Below, one piece after another: positions 20,703-31,063 of a DNA stretch of 64,000 nt. The stretch spans positions 10,519 through 74,518 of the forward strand of contig JAJYOK010000010.1 in NCBI GenBank assembly GCA_021796215.1. Direction: 5' to 3'. Under the pieces are notes generated by a model, which did no database searches, had not been told where the DNA came from, and was given only the letters and a program-made list of their open reading frames with translations. This DNA comes from Bacteroidota bacterium. Its GTDB lineage: Bacteria > Bacteroidota > Ignavibacteria > UBA10030 > UBA8401. Positions within the stretch are counted from its first letter, which is position 1, and every line of letters begins with the position of its first letter. The translations under genes and the position numbers were made by a program.

Positions 20703-21289
20703 CGAATTTATTGTTAGCGACGCGTAACAACCATAAAGCGGAAGAAATCATGCATTTGCTTGCCGGAAGCGAGTATCAAATTCTGACGCTGAACGATTTT
20801 CCCGACGTGCCGGAAGTTATCGAAGACCAGCCGACGCTTGAGCGCAATGCGTTAAAGAAGGCACGTACCGCATACGAAAAGGCGGGCGTCCTTTCTCTTG
20901 CTGACGACACGGGACTGGAATGCTACTATCTTGAACTCAAACCCGGCGTGTATTCTGCGCGATACGCCGGCGAGGGTGCAACGTATGAAGATAACAACAG
21001 GAAACTTTTGTGGGCGATGAAAGCCGTTCCGTTTCGCCGCCGCAATGCACGTTTCCGCACTGTCATTGCAATTGTAGGTAAGGGAATTGAAAAAGTTGTT
21101 GAAGGAAGGGTTGAAGGCGATATTCTTGAAGCGCCGCGCGGTATGAATGGTTTCGGTTACGATCCGCTTTTCGTTCCGCGTGGGCAGAAAAAGACGTATG
21201 CAGAAATGACACTCGAAGAAAAAAATCAGATCAGTCACCGCGCAATGGCGTTGAAGAAAGCGGTGGAAGTTTTGAAAACCATCCTGTAA
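20699..21289 (+). CDS. rdgB: Non-canonical purine NTP pyrophosphatase
   Basis: ATRNNHK, LADDTGL, PGVYSARY, FGYDPLF, KNQISHR. Confidence 0.96.
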   Translation: MTNLLLATRNNHKAEEIMHLLAGSEYQILTLNDFPDVPEVIEDQPTLERNALKKARTAYEKAGVLSLADDTGLECYYLELKPGVYSARYAGEGATYEDNNRKLLWAMKAVPFRRRNARFRTVIAIVGKGIEKVVEGRVEGDILEAPRGMNGFGYDPLFVPRGQKKTYAEMTLEEKNQISHRAMALKKAVEVLKTIL

Positions 21290-21316
21290 ATGGAAACTGT
21301 CTTGCAGGGAAGAAGA

Positions 21317-22606
21317 TTATGATTCCTGTGTTGCTTCAGCCGAGGCGCGTTGTGAGAACCAGCTATATATCAATCCTGCGATACCGGCAAAAATTGCGGC
21401 GAGCGCTACCGTTCCGACAAACGGTAAAATTGCAAGAGACATAAGTAACGAGATCCACGGAAAAATTTTTCCTCCTTTTTGTCCGCGTAGAAGTTTTATT
21501 CCCGCCGCTGAACCAATAATGTAAATGAGAATTGCCGCTCCGCTCGGAATGAGTAACGCCGTTGCCAAATCAACATCGAAGAAATAATAAACGAAGAGCA
21601 TAAGCACGCTGAGTCCGGAAAGAGCCGCCAAGCTTCGGTCAGGAACACCAGTGTTGCTGTTGATATGTTCGAGCACCTTCGGGAAGCCGCCGTCTCTTGC
21701 TGCGGCGAAAACAACTCTGGACATACCGGCAGTGTATGCATTTGCCGTCCCGAAAATGATGAAGAGAGCAAGCACAGCAGTTCCTGCGGCGCCGTAGCTT
21801 CCGAGAAGATTGGAGAAGATCGCCGCAAACGGTGCCACACTTCCGCCTGCTTCGTACGCCAGCGTTCCGATAGACACAATGGCGACGGCAATATACAACA
21901 CGCCAATAAGAACTACACTGAGAATGATACTGCGGCGAAAGTCACGCTGCGGATCGCGAAATTCTTCTGCAACGTTCGAGACGTTTTCATAACCAAGATA
22001 TGACCAGAAGATCAGCGCTGCCGCTGTTCCTATGGGAAGGAAGCCATTGGGAAAGAAGGGAGAAAAATTCTGAGACTTCACTGAGCCGATTGAGAAAATT
22101 ACTGCGCATAGCAGCAACGCAACAATCGCTATGACTACGGCGAGTTGAATTTTATTGCTGAACACAATTCCGCGATAATTGATGACGAAAGCAGATACAA
22201 TAACCGCCGCTGCGACAAGATAGATTGCCACTTTGCTCAGGGGAAAGGCATACGAGACGTACGACGCCGCGATGAGCGTTGCCGCCGGCGCGCCTGTGAT
22301 GAACCACAAGGCAAACAACCACGCCGAAACTCCTGCCACCTGAATTCCGAAACTTTCCTTCGCGAAAGAATACACTCCGCCGGATTCAGGTTTCCGGGCG
22401 GAAAGAGAACCGAATGTGAATGCAAACGGATAGCTTGCAAAAGAGAGGATGATCCACGCAATGAGCGACGAAGGTCCGGCAATTTTCGCTGCTAAGCCCG
22501 GCAGCACAAGAACGCCCGAACCGAGCACCGAGCTGACGTATAGCGCGACAGCATGCCGGAGTGTTATTGCTTTCTGAAGATTGGGGGAAGAAGCGGCTTC
22601 GGTCAT
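21317..22606 (-). CDS. APC-family amino acid permease (YjeH-like)
   Basis: VLGSGVLVLP, ESGGVYSF, FWSYLGYE...EEFRDP; about 12 TM segments. Confidence 0.85.
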   Translation of the reverse strand: MTEAASSPNLQKAITLRHAVALYVSSVLGSGVLVLPGLAAKIAGPSSLIAWIILSFASYPFAFTFGSLSARKPESGGVYSFAKESFGIQVAGVSAWLFALWFITGAPAATLIAASYVSYAFPLSKVAIYLVAAAVIVSAFVINYRGIVFSNKIQLAVVIAIVALLLCAVIFSIGSVKSQNFSPFFPNGFLPIGTAAALIFWSYLGYENVSNVAEEFRDPQRDFRRSIILSVVLIGVLYIAVAIVSIGTLAYEAGGSVAPFAAIFSNLLGSYGAAGTAVLALFIIFGTANAYTAGMSRVVFAAARDGGFPKVLEHINSNTGVPDRSLAALSGLSVLMLFVYYFFDVDLATALLIPSGAAILIYIIGSAAGIKLLRGQKGGKIFPWISLLMSLAILPFVGTVALAAIFAGIAGLIYSWFSQRASAEATQES

Positions 22607-22653
22607 TCTCTCACATGTTTTTCTGAAATAAAAAAAATATCTCATTCACTCAA

Positions 22654-23118
22654 TTAGTTCCCTGTCAACCTGTCGTTTTCATCCTGTGTCCAGTTGAGAA
22701 GCGTGTCGCGTTCGGCTGGTGTCAGACGTGCGTTTGGATGAAGGTAGAGATATTTTCCGAGGGGCATATCGCCTTTTGAAACCTGGTCGAAGATGCCGCT
22801 GAGTTTAGCAACTTTTCTGCTCAATGGATATTTTTCCCAAAGAGAAAAATTCAAATGCCGTCGCCCAGTGTGAACGTCGTCAGCAACGAGCCACGAGGAT
22901 GGCGCAATGCTGCTGTACCAGGGCCACACAGTTTCGTTGGAATGGCAATCGTAACATGACGTACGCAAGATTGATCTTACCGGAGCGGGAACCGTGGAAT
23001 CTGCTTCGATGGAATCAGCCGGATTGACCGGAGGGTTAGTTCTGTCGGGGCGGAAAAATTGCATGATGACAAATGCCGCGACGATGATAATTATAGTCCA
23101 TCTCAGTTTTTTTTTCAC
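22654..23118 (-). CDS. Heme-binding domain protein (c-type heme motif)
   Basis: N-terminal TM; SCYDCHS; WPWYS...PSSW; MPLGKY. Confidence 0.85.
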   Translation of the reverse strand: MKKKLRWTIIIIVAAFVIMQFFRPDRTNPPVNPADSIEADSTVPAPVRSILRTSCYDCHSNETVWPWYSSIAPSSWLVADDVHTGRRHLNFSLWEKYPLSRKVAKLSGIFDQVSKGDMPLGKYLYLHPNARLTPAERDTLLNWTQDENDRLTGN

Positions 23119-23162
23119 ATCACCTCCATCGTAGTGATTGAGTTATTGGAAAAAGTTCGTAG

Positions 23163-23693
23163 CTATATTTTTTTTCTTTCATCAAATTCTTTAGCTGAAG
23201 CTAAATAGAGACGATAATCATGTTCTGAAAAACAAACAGCGATGATTTTTTGTATCGTTTGTGCGTGTGGAAGATGTTCATTCATTTCGCGCAGAGCAAT
23301 GCGCGATGCGCGTTCAATAGGGAAGCCGTACACTCCGGTGCTGATTGATGGGAATGCGATACTTTCCACATGATTTTGTTCCGCGGCGCGAAGGCTGTTT
23401 TTGTAACACTGCGCAAGCAATTCGTCTTCATCGTGATTTCCATTCTGCCAAATCGGTCCGACGGTATGAATGATGAATTTCGCCGGAAGGTTGTAGCCTT
23501 TTGTGATTTTCGCTTCGCCGGTTTTGCAGCCGAGTAATGTCCGGCACTCCTCAAGCAATTGCGGTCCCGCCGCACGATGAATGGCTCCATCCACGCCACC
23601 GCCGCCGAGCAATGAACTGTTAGCGGCATTCACAATGGCATCAACATGTAGTTTCGTGATGTCGCCCCGAATGATTTCGATGCGTTGATCCAT
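23163..23693 (-). CDS. Macro-domain protein (O-acetyl-ADP-ribose deacetylase/ADP-ribosylhydrolase)
   Basis: [38 protein letters not shown]. Confidence 0.93.
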   Translation of the reverse strand: MDQRIEIIRGDITKLHVDAIVNAANSSLLGGGGVDGAIHRAAGPQLLEECRTLLGCKTGEAKITKGYNLPAKFIIHTVGPIWQNGNHDEDELLAQCYKNSLRAAEQNHVESIAFPSISTGVYGFPIERASRIALREMNEHLPHAQTIQKIIAVCFSEHDYRLYLASAKEFDERKKI

Positions 23694-23731
23694 AGGTCAA
23701 ACAAATTCAGAGAGAGACGACTGTGCAATGT

Positions 23732-24061
23732 TTACCATTTTTTAAATATGAAATATGCCGCGGCGGCAATCAGAGCGAAGCCGACGAAATAATTCCATTT
23801 GAGATCTTGTTTAAGATACAGCACCGAGAAGACACTAAAGACGGTGAGCGTCACAACTTCCTGAATAGTTTTCAATTGCGCCGCATTAAATTGATATGAG
23901 CCGATTCGGTTTGCCGGAACCTGAAAGCAGTATTCGAGAAAAGCAATTCCCCAGCTTATGAGAACAACTTTCCACAATGCTGTTTCGCGGAATTTCAGAT
24001 GTCCGTACCATGCAAAGGTCATGAAAATATTTGAAATGGTGAGAAGACCGACAGTTTTCAT
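23732..24061 (-). CDS. DMT family protein (DUF486 type)
   Basis: SNIFMTFAWYGHLK, EYCFQVPANRIG, QLKTIQEV. Confidence 0.9.
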   Translation of the reverse strand: MKTVGLLTISNIFMTFAWYGHLKFRETALWKVVLISWGIAFLEYCFQVPANRIGSYQFNAAQLKTIQEVVTLTVFSVFSVLYLKQDLKWNYFVGFALIAAAAYFIFKKW

Positions 24062-24085
24062 GATATTTTTTTGTAAGTGAACAGT

Positions 24086-24541
24086 TTACATTTGGCCGAA
24101 GAAAAAGCGAACGCCAACCGCTCCATCAAGATCGAAAGTTGTTGTTGGGGCAAGTTCAAGAATAGGAGCGATTTCAAAAAATGCGTCGAGCGGATCATGT
24201 TCAAAAAGATAATCTAGCCCAAGCGGAATGCGCACACCAAGCGTCGCATCGTTTCCGGCTTTTACCCGCGCACCGATTCCATAATACAAAGGTAACGATC
24301 CTTTTTCAACTTTAATGACGTCGAAACTGTGAGCGATGTAATCAGCGTTCACTTGCAGTGCAGACCCTTTTCCAAACGACCATGCCACCGCTCCGTCAAT
24401 GGCGGCGGTGTGGCTTTGCCACAATTTCATCGAAATACCGGTCGGCCCGCCAACCATGATGCCCGCGCCAAATCCGTGATCTTGCGCCCTTGCAGTGTTC
24501 AACGCCGCAAGACAGCAACAAAGCAACAGAATTTTTTTCAT
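24086..24541 (-). CDS. Hypothetical small outer-membrane beta-barrel protein
   Basis: Signal peptide; GGPTGISMK; LGVRIPLG; terminal GVRFFF. Confidence 0.7.
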   Translation of the reverse strand: MKKILLLCCCLAALNTARAQDHGFGAGIMVGGPTGISMKLWQSHTAAIDGAVAWSFGKGSALQVNADYIAHSFDVIKVEKGSLPLYYGIGARVKAGNDATLGVRIPLGLDYLFEHDPLDAFFEIAPILELAPTTTFDLDGAVGVRFFFGQM

Positions 24542-24635
24542 TGCAACCCTCCTCAATGAATATAGTTATTAAACTCTTGGGAGGCGTTGTAAAGTTCCGT
24601 TGTTAGAGTGCCAATGGCGGGATCAATGGGTGTGC

Positions 24636-25895
24636 TTATGCTGACTTGCGTTCCTCAAAAATGTACATCGGCTCTTTCTTCTTCAAAATTGTATCTTTGT
24701 TGATGATACATTTTTTTACACCGGTGTGCGAAGGAAGTTCGTACATAATGTCGAGCATGGTTTCTTCAACAATAGATCGAAGTGCGCGCGCGCCGGTGCC
24801 GCGCTGATTCGCTTTCTGCACGATCATCCGCATCGCAGCTTCTTCAAATTCAAGCTCGACACCTTCAATCTTGAATAATTTTTTGAATTGTTTTACGAGA
24901 GCGTTTTTCGGCTCGGTCAAAATATTCAGAAGTGCATCTTCGGAAAGAGAATGCAGCGTCGTGATGATCGGAAGTCTGCCGATGAATTCCGGTATGAGTC
25001 CGAACTTCAACAGATCATCCGGCTCGACTTGGCGGAGATATTCGTCGGTGGTATATTCCTTTTTCCCACGGATATCGGCGCCGAAGCCGATGGGATTTTG
25101 GCTGACTCGCCGCGCAATGATTTTGTCGAGCCCTTCAAACGCTCCGCCGCAGATAAAAAGAATATTTTTCGTGTTGACGCTGATGAGGCTTTGTTCCGGA
25201 TGTTTGCGTCCGCCTTTCGGTGGAACGCCTGCAACCGTTCCCTCTAAAATTTTTAACAGCGCCTGCTGAACACCTTCACCGGAAACATCACGCGTGATCG
25301 AAGCGCTGTCGCTTTTGCGTGAGATTTTATCGATCTCGTCAATGTAGACGATTCCGCGCTCGGCACGTTCGATGTTGTATTCTGAATTTTGCAGCAGGTA
25401 TACAAGAATGGTTTCAACATCGTCGCCGACGTAGCCGGCTTCGGTCAATGTCGTTGCATCAGCAATGGCAAAAGGAACGTCGAGAATACGGGCAAGCGTT
25501 TGTGCCAGAAGAGTTTTGCCGGTTCCCGTCGGTCCGATGAGAAGAACATTGCTTTTTTCAATTTCGACATCATCGAACACTGGTGAATGTTCCTGCGCAT
25601 CAATTCGTTTGTAATGATTATATACAGCGACTGCAAGAGTTTTCTTCGCATGATCCTGCCCAATGACATATTCATCGAGCGCTTCCTTGATCTGAGTCGG
25701 CGAAAGTGTCTGCTTCGTTTTTCCTTTGCGCTTCGGGAACGCGGCGATGTTGCTGCGGATGATGTCAACGGATGTTGATACGCACAGATCGCAAATATAG
25801 ACATCGGGTCCGGCGATAATACTGCTCACTTCTTCGGGCCCGCGTCCGCAGAATGAACACTTCACTTTTTCGTCTATTTTCTGTTTTTGACTCAT
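24636..25895 (-). CDS. clpX: ATP-dependent Clp protease ATP-binding subunit ClpX
   Basis: CSFC zinc domain, [27 protein letters not shown]. Confidence 0.98.
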   Translation of the reverse strand: MSQKQKIDEKVKCSFCGRGPEEVSSIIAGPDVYICDLCVSTSVDIIRSNIAAFPKRKGKTKQTLSPTQIKEALDEYVIGQDHAKKTLAVAVYNHYKRIDAQEHSPVFDDVEIEKSNVLLIGPTGTGKTLLAQTLARILDVPFAIADATTLTEAGYVGDDVETILVYLLQNSEYNIERAERGIVYIDEIDKISRKSDSASITRDVSGEGVQQALLKILEGTVAGVPPKGGRKHPEQSLISVNTKNILFICGGAFEGLDKIIARRVSQNPIGFGADIRGKKEYTTDEYLRQVEPDDLLKFGLIPEFIGRLPIITTLHSLSEDALLNILTEPKNALVKQFKKLFKIEGVELEFEEAAMRMIVQKANQRGTGARALRSIVEETMLDIMYELPSHTGVKKCIINKDTILKKKEPMYIFEERKSA

Positions 25896-25916
25896 AGGCG
25901 GTATGTTGGTGGGGAA

Positions 25917-25951
25917 AAGATGGACTCCACCTTGTAGGTGGAGTCCATCTT
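25917..25951. repeat. REP-like palindrome, copy 1 (clpP-clpX spacer)
   Basis: AAGATGGACTCCACCT-TGT-AGGTGGAGTCCATCTT: perfect 16-bp arms. Confidence 0.75.
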
Positions 25952-25958
25952 GTTGGAA

Positions 25959-26597
25959 TTATTTTTCTTTTTTGCCGTTACTTGTTTTTTTCGAAAGGAT
26001 AAGGTCAATCAGTCCGTACTCTTGCGCTGTTTCGGCGGACATATAATTATCGCGGTCTGTGTCGCGCCCGACTTCTTCTACACTTTTTCCGGAATGCTTC
26101 GCAATGATTTCATTGATCCGCGCTTTTGTTTTGAGAATCTCTTCTGCCTGAATGCTGATATCGGAAGCAGTGCCTTGCACGCCGCCCCATGGCTGATGAA
26201 TCATAATGCGCGAATTGGGAAGTGCTTTGCGCTTGCCTTTTGTTCCTGCCAAAAGCAAAACTGCACCCATGCTTGCTGCCATGCCGACGCAGATTGTTGA
26301 AACATCGGGACGGATGTACTGCATCGTGTCGTACACTGCAAGCCCGGAGTACACACTTCCACCCGGACTGTTGATGTACAGATGAATGTCCTTCTCCGGA
26401 TCTTCCGCTTCAAGAAAAAGGAGTTGTGCGACAATCAAACTTGCAACGGCGTCATCAATTGCGGTACCGACAAAAATAATGCGTTCTTTTAACAGGCGGG
26501 AAAAAATATCGTATGCACGTTCACCGCGGCTTGTCTGTTCTACCACCATCGGGATCAATTGATTATAGACCTCAAATTTTTTTTGCGGCTCGGTCAT
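25959..26597 (-). CDS. clpP: ATP-dependent Clp protease proteolytic subunit
   Basis: [30 protein letters not shown]. Confidence 0.98.
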   Translation of the reverse strand: MTEPQKKFEVYNQLIPMVVEQTSRGERAYDIFSRLLKERIIFVGTAIDDAVASLIVAQLLFLEAEDPEKDIHLYINSPGGSVYSGLAVYDTMQYIRPDVSTICVGMAASMGAVLLLAGTKGKRKALPNSRIMIHQPWGGVQGTASDISIQAEEILKTKARINEIIAKHSGKSVEEVGRDTDRDNYMSAETAQEYGLIDLILSKKTSNGKKEK

Positions 26598-26641
26598 TGT
26601 TTTTTTATCCTTTCATCAAAAAAGAAATTGGGAGGGAAGCA

Positions 26642-27925
26642 TTATACGGCATTTGGAATATCCGTGTTTTCGACTTCCTTTACAACAGCCGATTTCTTCA
26701 AAAGTTCAATGAGTTTTTCATTGATGATGCGTTCAAGCGCGGTGTCGGATGACTTATAATACTGCACAAGCCGTTCTTTGTCAATTCCAAGTTTTGCAGA
26801 TTCCGCTTCTGCCATCGTTTGAATCTCTGCGTCACTCACTTCGATTTTTTCCTGCTTCAATATCTGTTCACGGATCAACGCCCACTTTGCCTGCCAGATA
26901 GCTGTCGGACGGAGCGACTCGCGGTATTTTTCCTCGTCGAAATTTTTCGGCAGTTTTTTATTCGGCTGCTGATTCTTTGCGTCTTCGATGTACGAATCAA
27001 TGAAACTGTTCACGAGTGATTCGGGAACTGCAAATTCATGACGCCGGACTATTTCGCGCGTGAGATCGTTGACGAACTGACTTTCCGTCTGCTCATTCCA
27101 GTAGCGCCGTAAATCTTCTTCGATCGCTTTCCGAAAATCTGTGCTCGAGGAATATTTTTCTTTTGTGATTTTTTTGACGAACTCATCGTTAAATTCCGGC
27201 AAAATTACTTTTTCAATTTTCTTTACTGTGATTTGGAGATGAACATCGTGCGAGTGGTCGCCGTGCTGATGCGTAAATTTTGCAGTGTACGTACCGCCGA
27301 GTTCGGCATCTGCAAGAGCTTTTTTGATTTCCTTTTCAGTGTCCGGTTCATTGAGATAAATTTTCATCCCCTCGCTTTTTTTACCAATGAGCGGCGTGCC
27401 GGTTTCGTCGAGGTCCTGCAAATCGGCAGTGATCATGAATTCTGTACCGTCCACTTTTTTTGCTTCTTCGTATGAAGCGTTGATGTGACGCAAGCGATCA
27501 ACTTCAGCTTCTACTTCTTTGTCGGTAATGCGTTTAACTTTTTTTTCGACTTCGATGCCTTTATATTCTTTCAATTCAAAATCTGGCTTCACTTCGTATT
27601 TGATTTTGAATGTGAACGGTTCGCCCCGTTTATATTTCATATCCACCAAATTGGGCGTGCCGATTGGCTGAATTTTCCGCTCTTCTATTATGGTTTTCTT
27701 GAACGAATCGTTCGCAATGTCGTCGAGCGCATCATATTCTATGCTGTCGCCATACATTTTTTTGATTAACGACAGCGGCGCTTTGCCTTTGCGAAAACCT
27801 TTAATTTCAATTGAAGGCGTCGCTTTTTTATACGCCTGTTCAAAATGCGGAACAAGTTCTTCCGGTGAGAGACTGATTTCTACTTCACGATCGCAATCTG
27901 TAAGACTATTAATGGTAACTTCCAC
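26642..27925 (-). CDS. tig: Trigger factor
   Basis: GFRKGKAP signature; canonical tig-clpP-clpX order. Confidence 0.95.
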   Translation of the reverse strand: MEVTINSLTDCDREVEISLSPEELVPHFEQAYKKATPSIEIKGFRKGKAPLSLIKKMYGDSIEYDALDDIANDSFKKTIIEERKIQPIGTPNLVDMKYKRGEPFTFKIKYEVKPDFELKEYKGIEVEKKVKRITDKEVEAEVDRLRHINASYEEAKKVDGTEFMITADLQDLDETGTPLIGKKSEGMKIYLNEPDTEKEIKKALADAELGGTYTAKFTHQHGDHSHDVHLQITVKKIEKVILPEFNDEFVKKITKEKYSSSTDFRKAIEEDLRRYWNEQTESQFVNDLTREIVRRHEFAVPESLVNSFIDSYIEDAKNQQPNKKLPKNFDEEKYRESLRPTAIWQAKWALIREQILKQEKIEVSDAEIQTMAEAESAKLGIDKERLVQYYKSSDTALERIINEKLIELLKKSAVVKEVENTDIPNAV

Positions 27926-28039
27926 TCAACACTCCTTTGTAAATGAATTATGGCATCGCACATGCAGCGATGCATGGGAAAGTGTAATTAAAATACGAAA
28001 GATAGCCCCGAAAATCAATTAACGCATTTTCCCAAACTC

Positions 28040-28068
28040 TTGCCGATATCACTGAAATAATCTATATT
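28040..28068 (+). promoter_or_regulatory. Putative promoter of M14 peptidase gene
   Basis: TTGCCG-N17-TATATT. Confidence 0.45.
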
Positions 28069-28112
28069 TTCACATTCATAATTCATCGCTTTTCATTTTG
28101 TCACAGAAGACA

Positions 28113-29378
28113 ATGAAAAAAATATTTCTCTTAATTTTTTTGATAACCACTATGGCTGGGTTGGCATTTTCACAAACTACAAAAAGTTTTTCGGGAGGAG
28201 TTCCCGCGTTTGTGCGGTCGTTATACGATTCGTACGACACGTATGAGGTGAAGCAAATCACCTCGCGGAGGTTAAAACACGATGAGATGATGGGGATTCT
28301 CGCGCGGCTGAAGGACGCGATGCCTGCAGTTCTTGCGATGAAACAACTCGGCGTTTCGGATGAAGGGCGCTCTATCAATTTGCTGACGCTGGGAAACGGG
28401 AAAAAGAAAATATTCATGTGGTCGCAAATGCACGGTGATGAACCAACGGCGACAATGGGATTGATTGATGCGCTTTCATACATCAGCAAGCATCGGGAAT
28501 CTCCGGAAATTAAAAAAATCCTTTCTGAAACTACGCTGCTCATTATTCCAATGCTGAATCCCGACGGTGCCGAGCGATTCCAGCGGCGTAGCGTGTACGG
28601 CATTGACATCAATCGCGATGCGAAGCGTTTACAAACGAACGAAGCGAAAATTTTGAAAGCGGCGCGCGACAGTCTTTCCCCTGAGTTCGGATTTAATCTC
28701 CACGATCAGGAACCGCGATACACGGTTGGTATGTCCGGCAAGGTTGCGACTATTGCATTGCTTGCGCCGGCAATGAACTATGAGAAAACCGACAATCCTG
28801 TCCGCTTGCGTGCCAAAAAAGTTGCCGCGGAGCTGGCGGATATTTTTTCTCCGTACATTGCCGGGCACATTTCTCGCTACGATGATTCGTACGAGCCGCG
28901 TGCGTTCGGCGACAAAATCCAAACATGGGGAACAAGCACAGTTCTCATCGAATCCGGCGGGTGGAAAGATGATCCGGAAAAAATGTACATCCGAAAATTG
29001 AATTGTGTCGCACTGCTCGGAATTTGGTATTCCATTGCAACGGATTCGTACGAGAAAGCTGACATCGCTCATTATGAATCGCTGCCGGAGAACAAACAAA
29101 ATCTGTACGACATCATCATCCGCGGAGTTACGCTGAAATATTCCGGCGCCCTCGCTCCGGTGATTGTTGATATCGGCATTAACGTGGAAGAATCCGTCAG
29201 TGCCGACAGTGTCGTTCACCGCACAGGCCGCATTGTAGATATTGGCGACCTCAGCACGTCTCAGACATTTGAAACGATTGACGGAAGCGGAAAATATTTG
29301 GACGGCAATCTTGTGGGAATGGAAAAACGTGTTGATGTTGAAGCTTTGCGTACAGCAATGAAGAATGTGAGCGAGTAG
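28113..29378 (+). CDS. M14 zinc carboxypeptidase family protein, secreted
   Basis: Signal peptide; QMHGDEPT, NPDGAE, DINRD, NLHDQ. Confidence 0.88.
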   Translation: MKKIFLLIFLITTMAGLAFSQTTKSFSGGVPAFVRSLYDSYDTYEVKQITSRRLKHDEMMGILARLKDAMPAVLAMKQLGVSDEGRSINLLTLGNGKKKIFMWSQMHGDEPTATMGLIDALSYISKHRESPEIKKILSETTLLIIPMLNPDGAERFQRRSVYGIDINRDAKRLQTNEAKILKAARDSLSPEFGFNLHDQEPRYTVGMSGKVATIALLAPAMNYEKTDNPVRLRAKKVAAELADIFSPYIAGHISRYDDSYEPRAFGDKIQTWGTSTVLIESGGWKDDPEKMYIRKLNCVALLGIWYSIATDSYEKADIAHYESLPENKQNLYDIIIRGVTLKYSGALAPVIVDIGINVEESVSADSVVHRTGRIVDIGDLSTSQTFETIDGSGKYLDGNLVGMEKRVDVEALRTAMKNVSE

Positions 29379-29398
29379 TCAGTATGCCGGTATTCAGT

Positions 29399-29420
29399 AG
29401 TCAGAACCGCTTTTCTGACT
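29399..29420. terminator. Bidirectional terminator hairpin between peptidase and tmk
   Basis: AGTCAGAA-ccgctt-TTCTGACT followed by a T-run. Confidence 0.6.
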
Positions 29421-29422
29421 TT

Positions 29423-30040
29423 TTACCTCTGACTTCTGTTTAATACCTCTTCCCAAATTATTTTTTTGATTACCTCGATAGATTGGGCGCCGTCAACGAC
29501 GACAAAGCGCTGCGGCTCTTCGTGTGCCATTGCTAAGTAGCCGCTGCGAACTCGTTCATAGAACGTATTTCCGGAACTTTCCATTCTATCCATTGGTGTG
29601 CCGCTCTTTTTCCGCCGCTCTATAATTTCTTCAACAGAAATGTCAATAAGAAATGTTACGTCCGGCATAACACCGAATGTTGCCGCGGCATTGATCGCAC
29701 GAACGGCGTCAAGATGCAAGCCGCGGCCATAGCCTTGATATGCAGTTGTGGAATCAACATAGCGGTCGCAGACAACAAAGCGCCGCTCGTTCAGCGCCGG
29801 TTGAATCATTTGAAAGACAAGCTGTGCCCGTGCGGCAGAAAAAAGCAGCAGCTCGGTGATTTCATTCATCCCGAGATGTTTTTTGTCGAGAAGAATTTCC
29901 CGGATGCGCTCGGAAATTTCCGTACCGCCGGGTTCTCGGATAAAATCTATTTCGTGATGACGCTCCCGCAGTGTTTCAACCAGCAGGTTGGCTTGTGTCG
30001 TTTTGCCTGAACCGTCAAGGCCTTCAAAAGAAATGAACAT
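29423..30040 (-). CDS. tmk: Thymidylate kinase
   Basis: FISFEGLDGSGKTT, REPGG, CDRYVDST.AYQG; start inferred at 30040. Confidence 0.95.
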   Translation of the reverse strand: MFISFEGLDGSGKTTQANLLVETLRERHHEIDFIREPGGTEISERIREILLDKKHLGMNEITELLLFSAARAQLVFQMIQPALNERRFVVCDRYVDSTTAYQGYGRGLHLDAVRAINAAATFGVMPDVTFLIDISVEEIIERRKKSGTPMDRMESSGNTFYERVRSGYLAMAHEEPQRFVVVDGAQSIEVIKKIIWEEVLNRSQR

Positions 30041-30070
30041 GGTGTCGTATGTTTTTTGCATTTCGTGGAT

Positions 30071-30105
30071 AAAAGATGGACTCCACGTGCGAGGTGGAGT
30101 CCATC
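30071..30105. repeat. REP-like palindrome, copy 2 (upstream of tmk)
   Basis: AAAAGATGGACTCCAC-GTGCGAG-GTGGAGTCCATC; same arms as 25917-25951. Confidence 0.75.
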
Positions 30106-30160
30106 CAACACGTAAGATAGAATTTAGAAGTCGCAGAATCAATTCCTGACGCCAGGCAGG

Positions 30161-30190
30161 ATTGAAATTTCAATTTGATTTTGCTATACT
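30161..30190 (+). promoter_or_regulatory. Putative promoter with palindrome over -35
   Basis: TTGAAA-N17-TATACT with extended TG; ATTGAAATTTCAAT (30161-30174) is a perfect palindrome. Confidence 0.5.
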
Positions 30191-30246
30191 TCCGTCGTCA
30201 TTGCAGAATAATATTATTCATCACCAAAATACAAGGAGCGATCATC

Positions 30247-31014
30247 ATGGATGAACAACAGCCGACTGTTGCGCCGCCGGAAACAGAGGCAGCAGAAATG
30301 AGTTTCAGCGACAAGCTGATGAATGTGTTTGCGTCGCCCGGGGAGTTGTTTGAGTACGTAACAAAAGCGCCGAAGCAAGCATCGAATTGGGCGCTTCCCT
30401 TATTGCTGACTACCGTGATCGGAATTGTGTTTACTTTTGTTGCGTTTACCCAGCCTCCGATTCAGGAGGAAATGGCGCGTCAGCGAGATAAATATATTCA
30501 GCAGGAAATTGCCGCTGAGAAGATGACGCAGGAGCAAGCAGACAATGCGGCAAAATATTCACCGAAGCCCGGCTCGCCGATGTTTTTGATCTTCGGCTCA
30601 GTTGGAGTTGTTGTTGTGATGTTTGCAACGTTGTTTCTTTCTGCGCTGGCATTCTGGCTGTTAGGGAAATTCGGATTTAAATCCGGAGCGACGTACGGCA
30701 AAGTGGTAGAAGTTGTCGGACTTTCAATGTACATCATGGCAGTAGGGTCGCTGTTAACTCTTATTCTTGTAGTCGCCATGGGTTCAATGCACGCAACGCC
30801 GAGCCTCGCGCTTGCAGTATCGGATTTTGATCCAATGAACAAAATGCACAAGCTCTTGTCTTCAATAAATATTATGACGTTCTGGTATCTTGGAATCGTA
30901 TCAGTCGGACTGGGAAAACTTTTTTCAGTGTCACTCGGCAAAGCGTTGACAGGAGTAGCTGCAATTTGGGTGGTGTGGACGGCGATTACAGTTCTTGTCA
31001 ATTTGGGATTCTGA
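30247..31014 (+). CDS. Yip1 family membrane protein
   Basis: VFASPGELF N-terminus; five hydrophobic segments. Confidence 0.75.
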   Translation: MDEQQPTVAPPETEAAEMSFSDKLMNVFASPGELFEYVTKAPKQASNWALPLLLTTVIGIVFTFVAFTQPPIQEEMARQRDKYIQQEIAAEKMTQEQADNAAKYSPKPGSPMFLIFGSVGVVVVMFATLFLSALAFWLLGKFGFKSGATYGKVVEVVGLSMYIMAVGSLLTLILVVAMGSMHATPSLALAVSDFDPMNKMHKLLSSINIMTFWYLGIVSVGLGKLFSVSLGKALTGVAAIWVVWTAITVLVNLGF

Positions 31015-31023
31015 GAAAGACGA

Positions 31024-31054
31024 ATGTCTGACAACACTTTTTGCTGTCAGACAT
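31024..31054. terminator. Hairpin between convergent Yip1 gene and priA
   Basis: ATGTCTGACA-N11-TGTCAGACAT. Confidence 0.55.
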
Positions 31055-31063
31055 CAAACAAGG

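Noticed and set aside
23163-24061. Macro-domain plus DUF486 genes as an anti-phage or ADP-ribosylation system
   Set aside because: No cognate ADP-ribosyltransferase or sirtuin nearby; both are common stand-alone genes with ordinary composition
27926-28100. tRNA gene often found upstream of tig
   Set aside because: No cloverleaf or GTTCGA T-loop; only a short GCATCGC/GCGATGC hairpin
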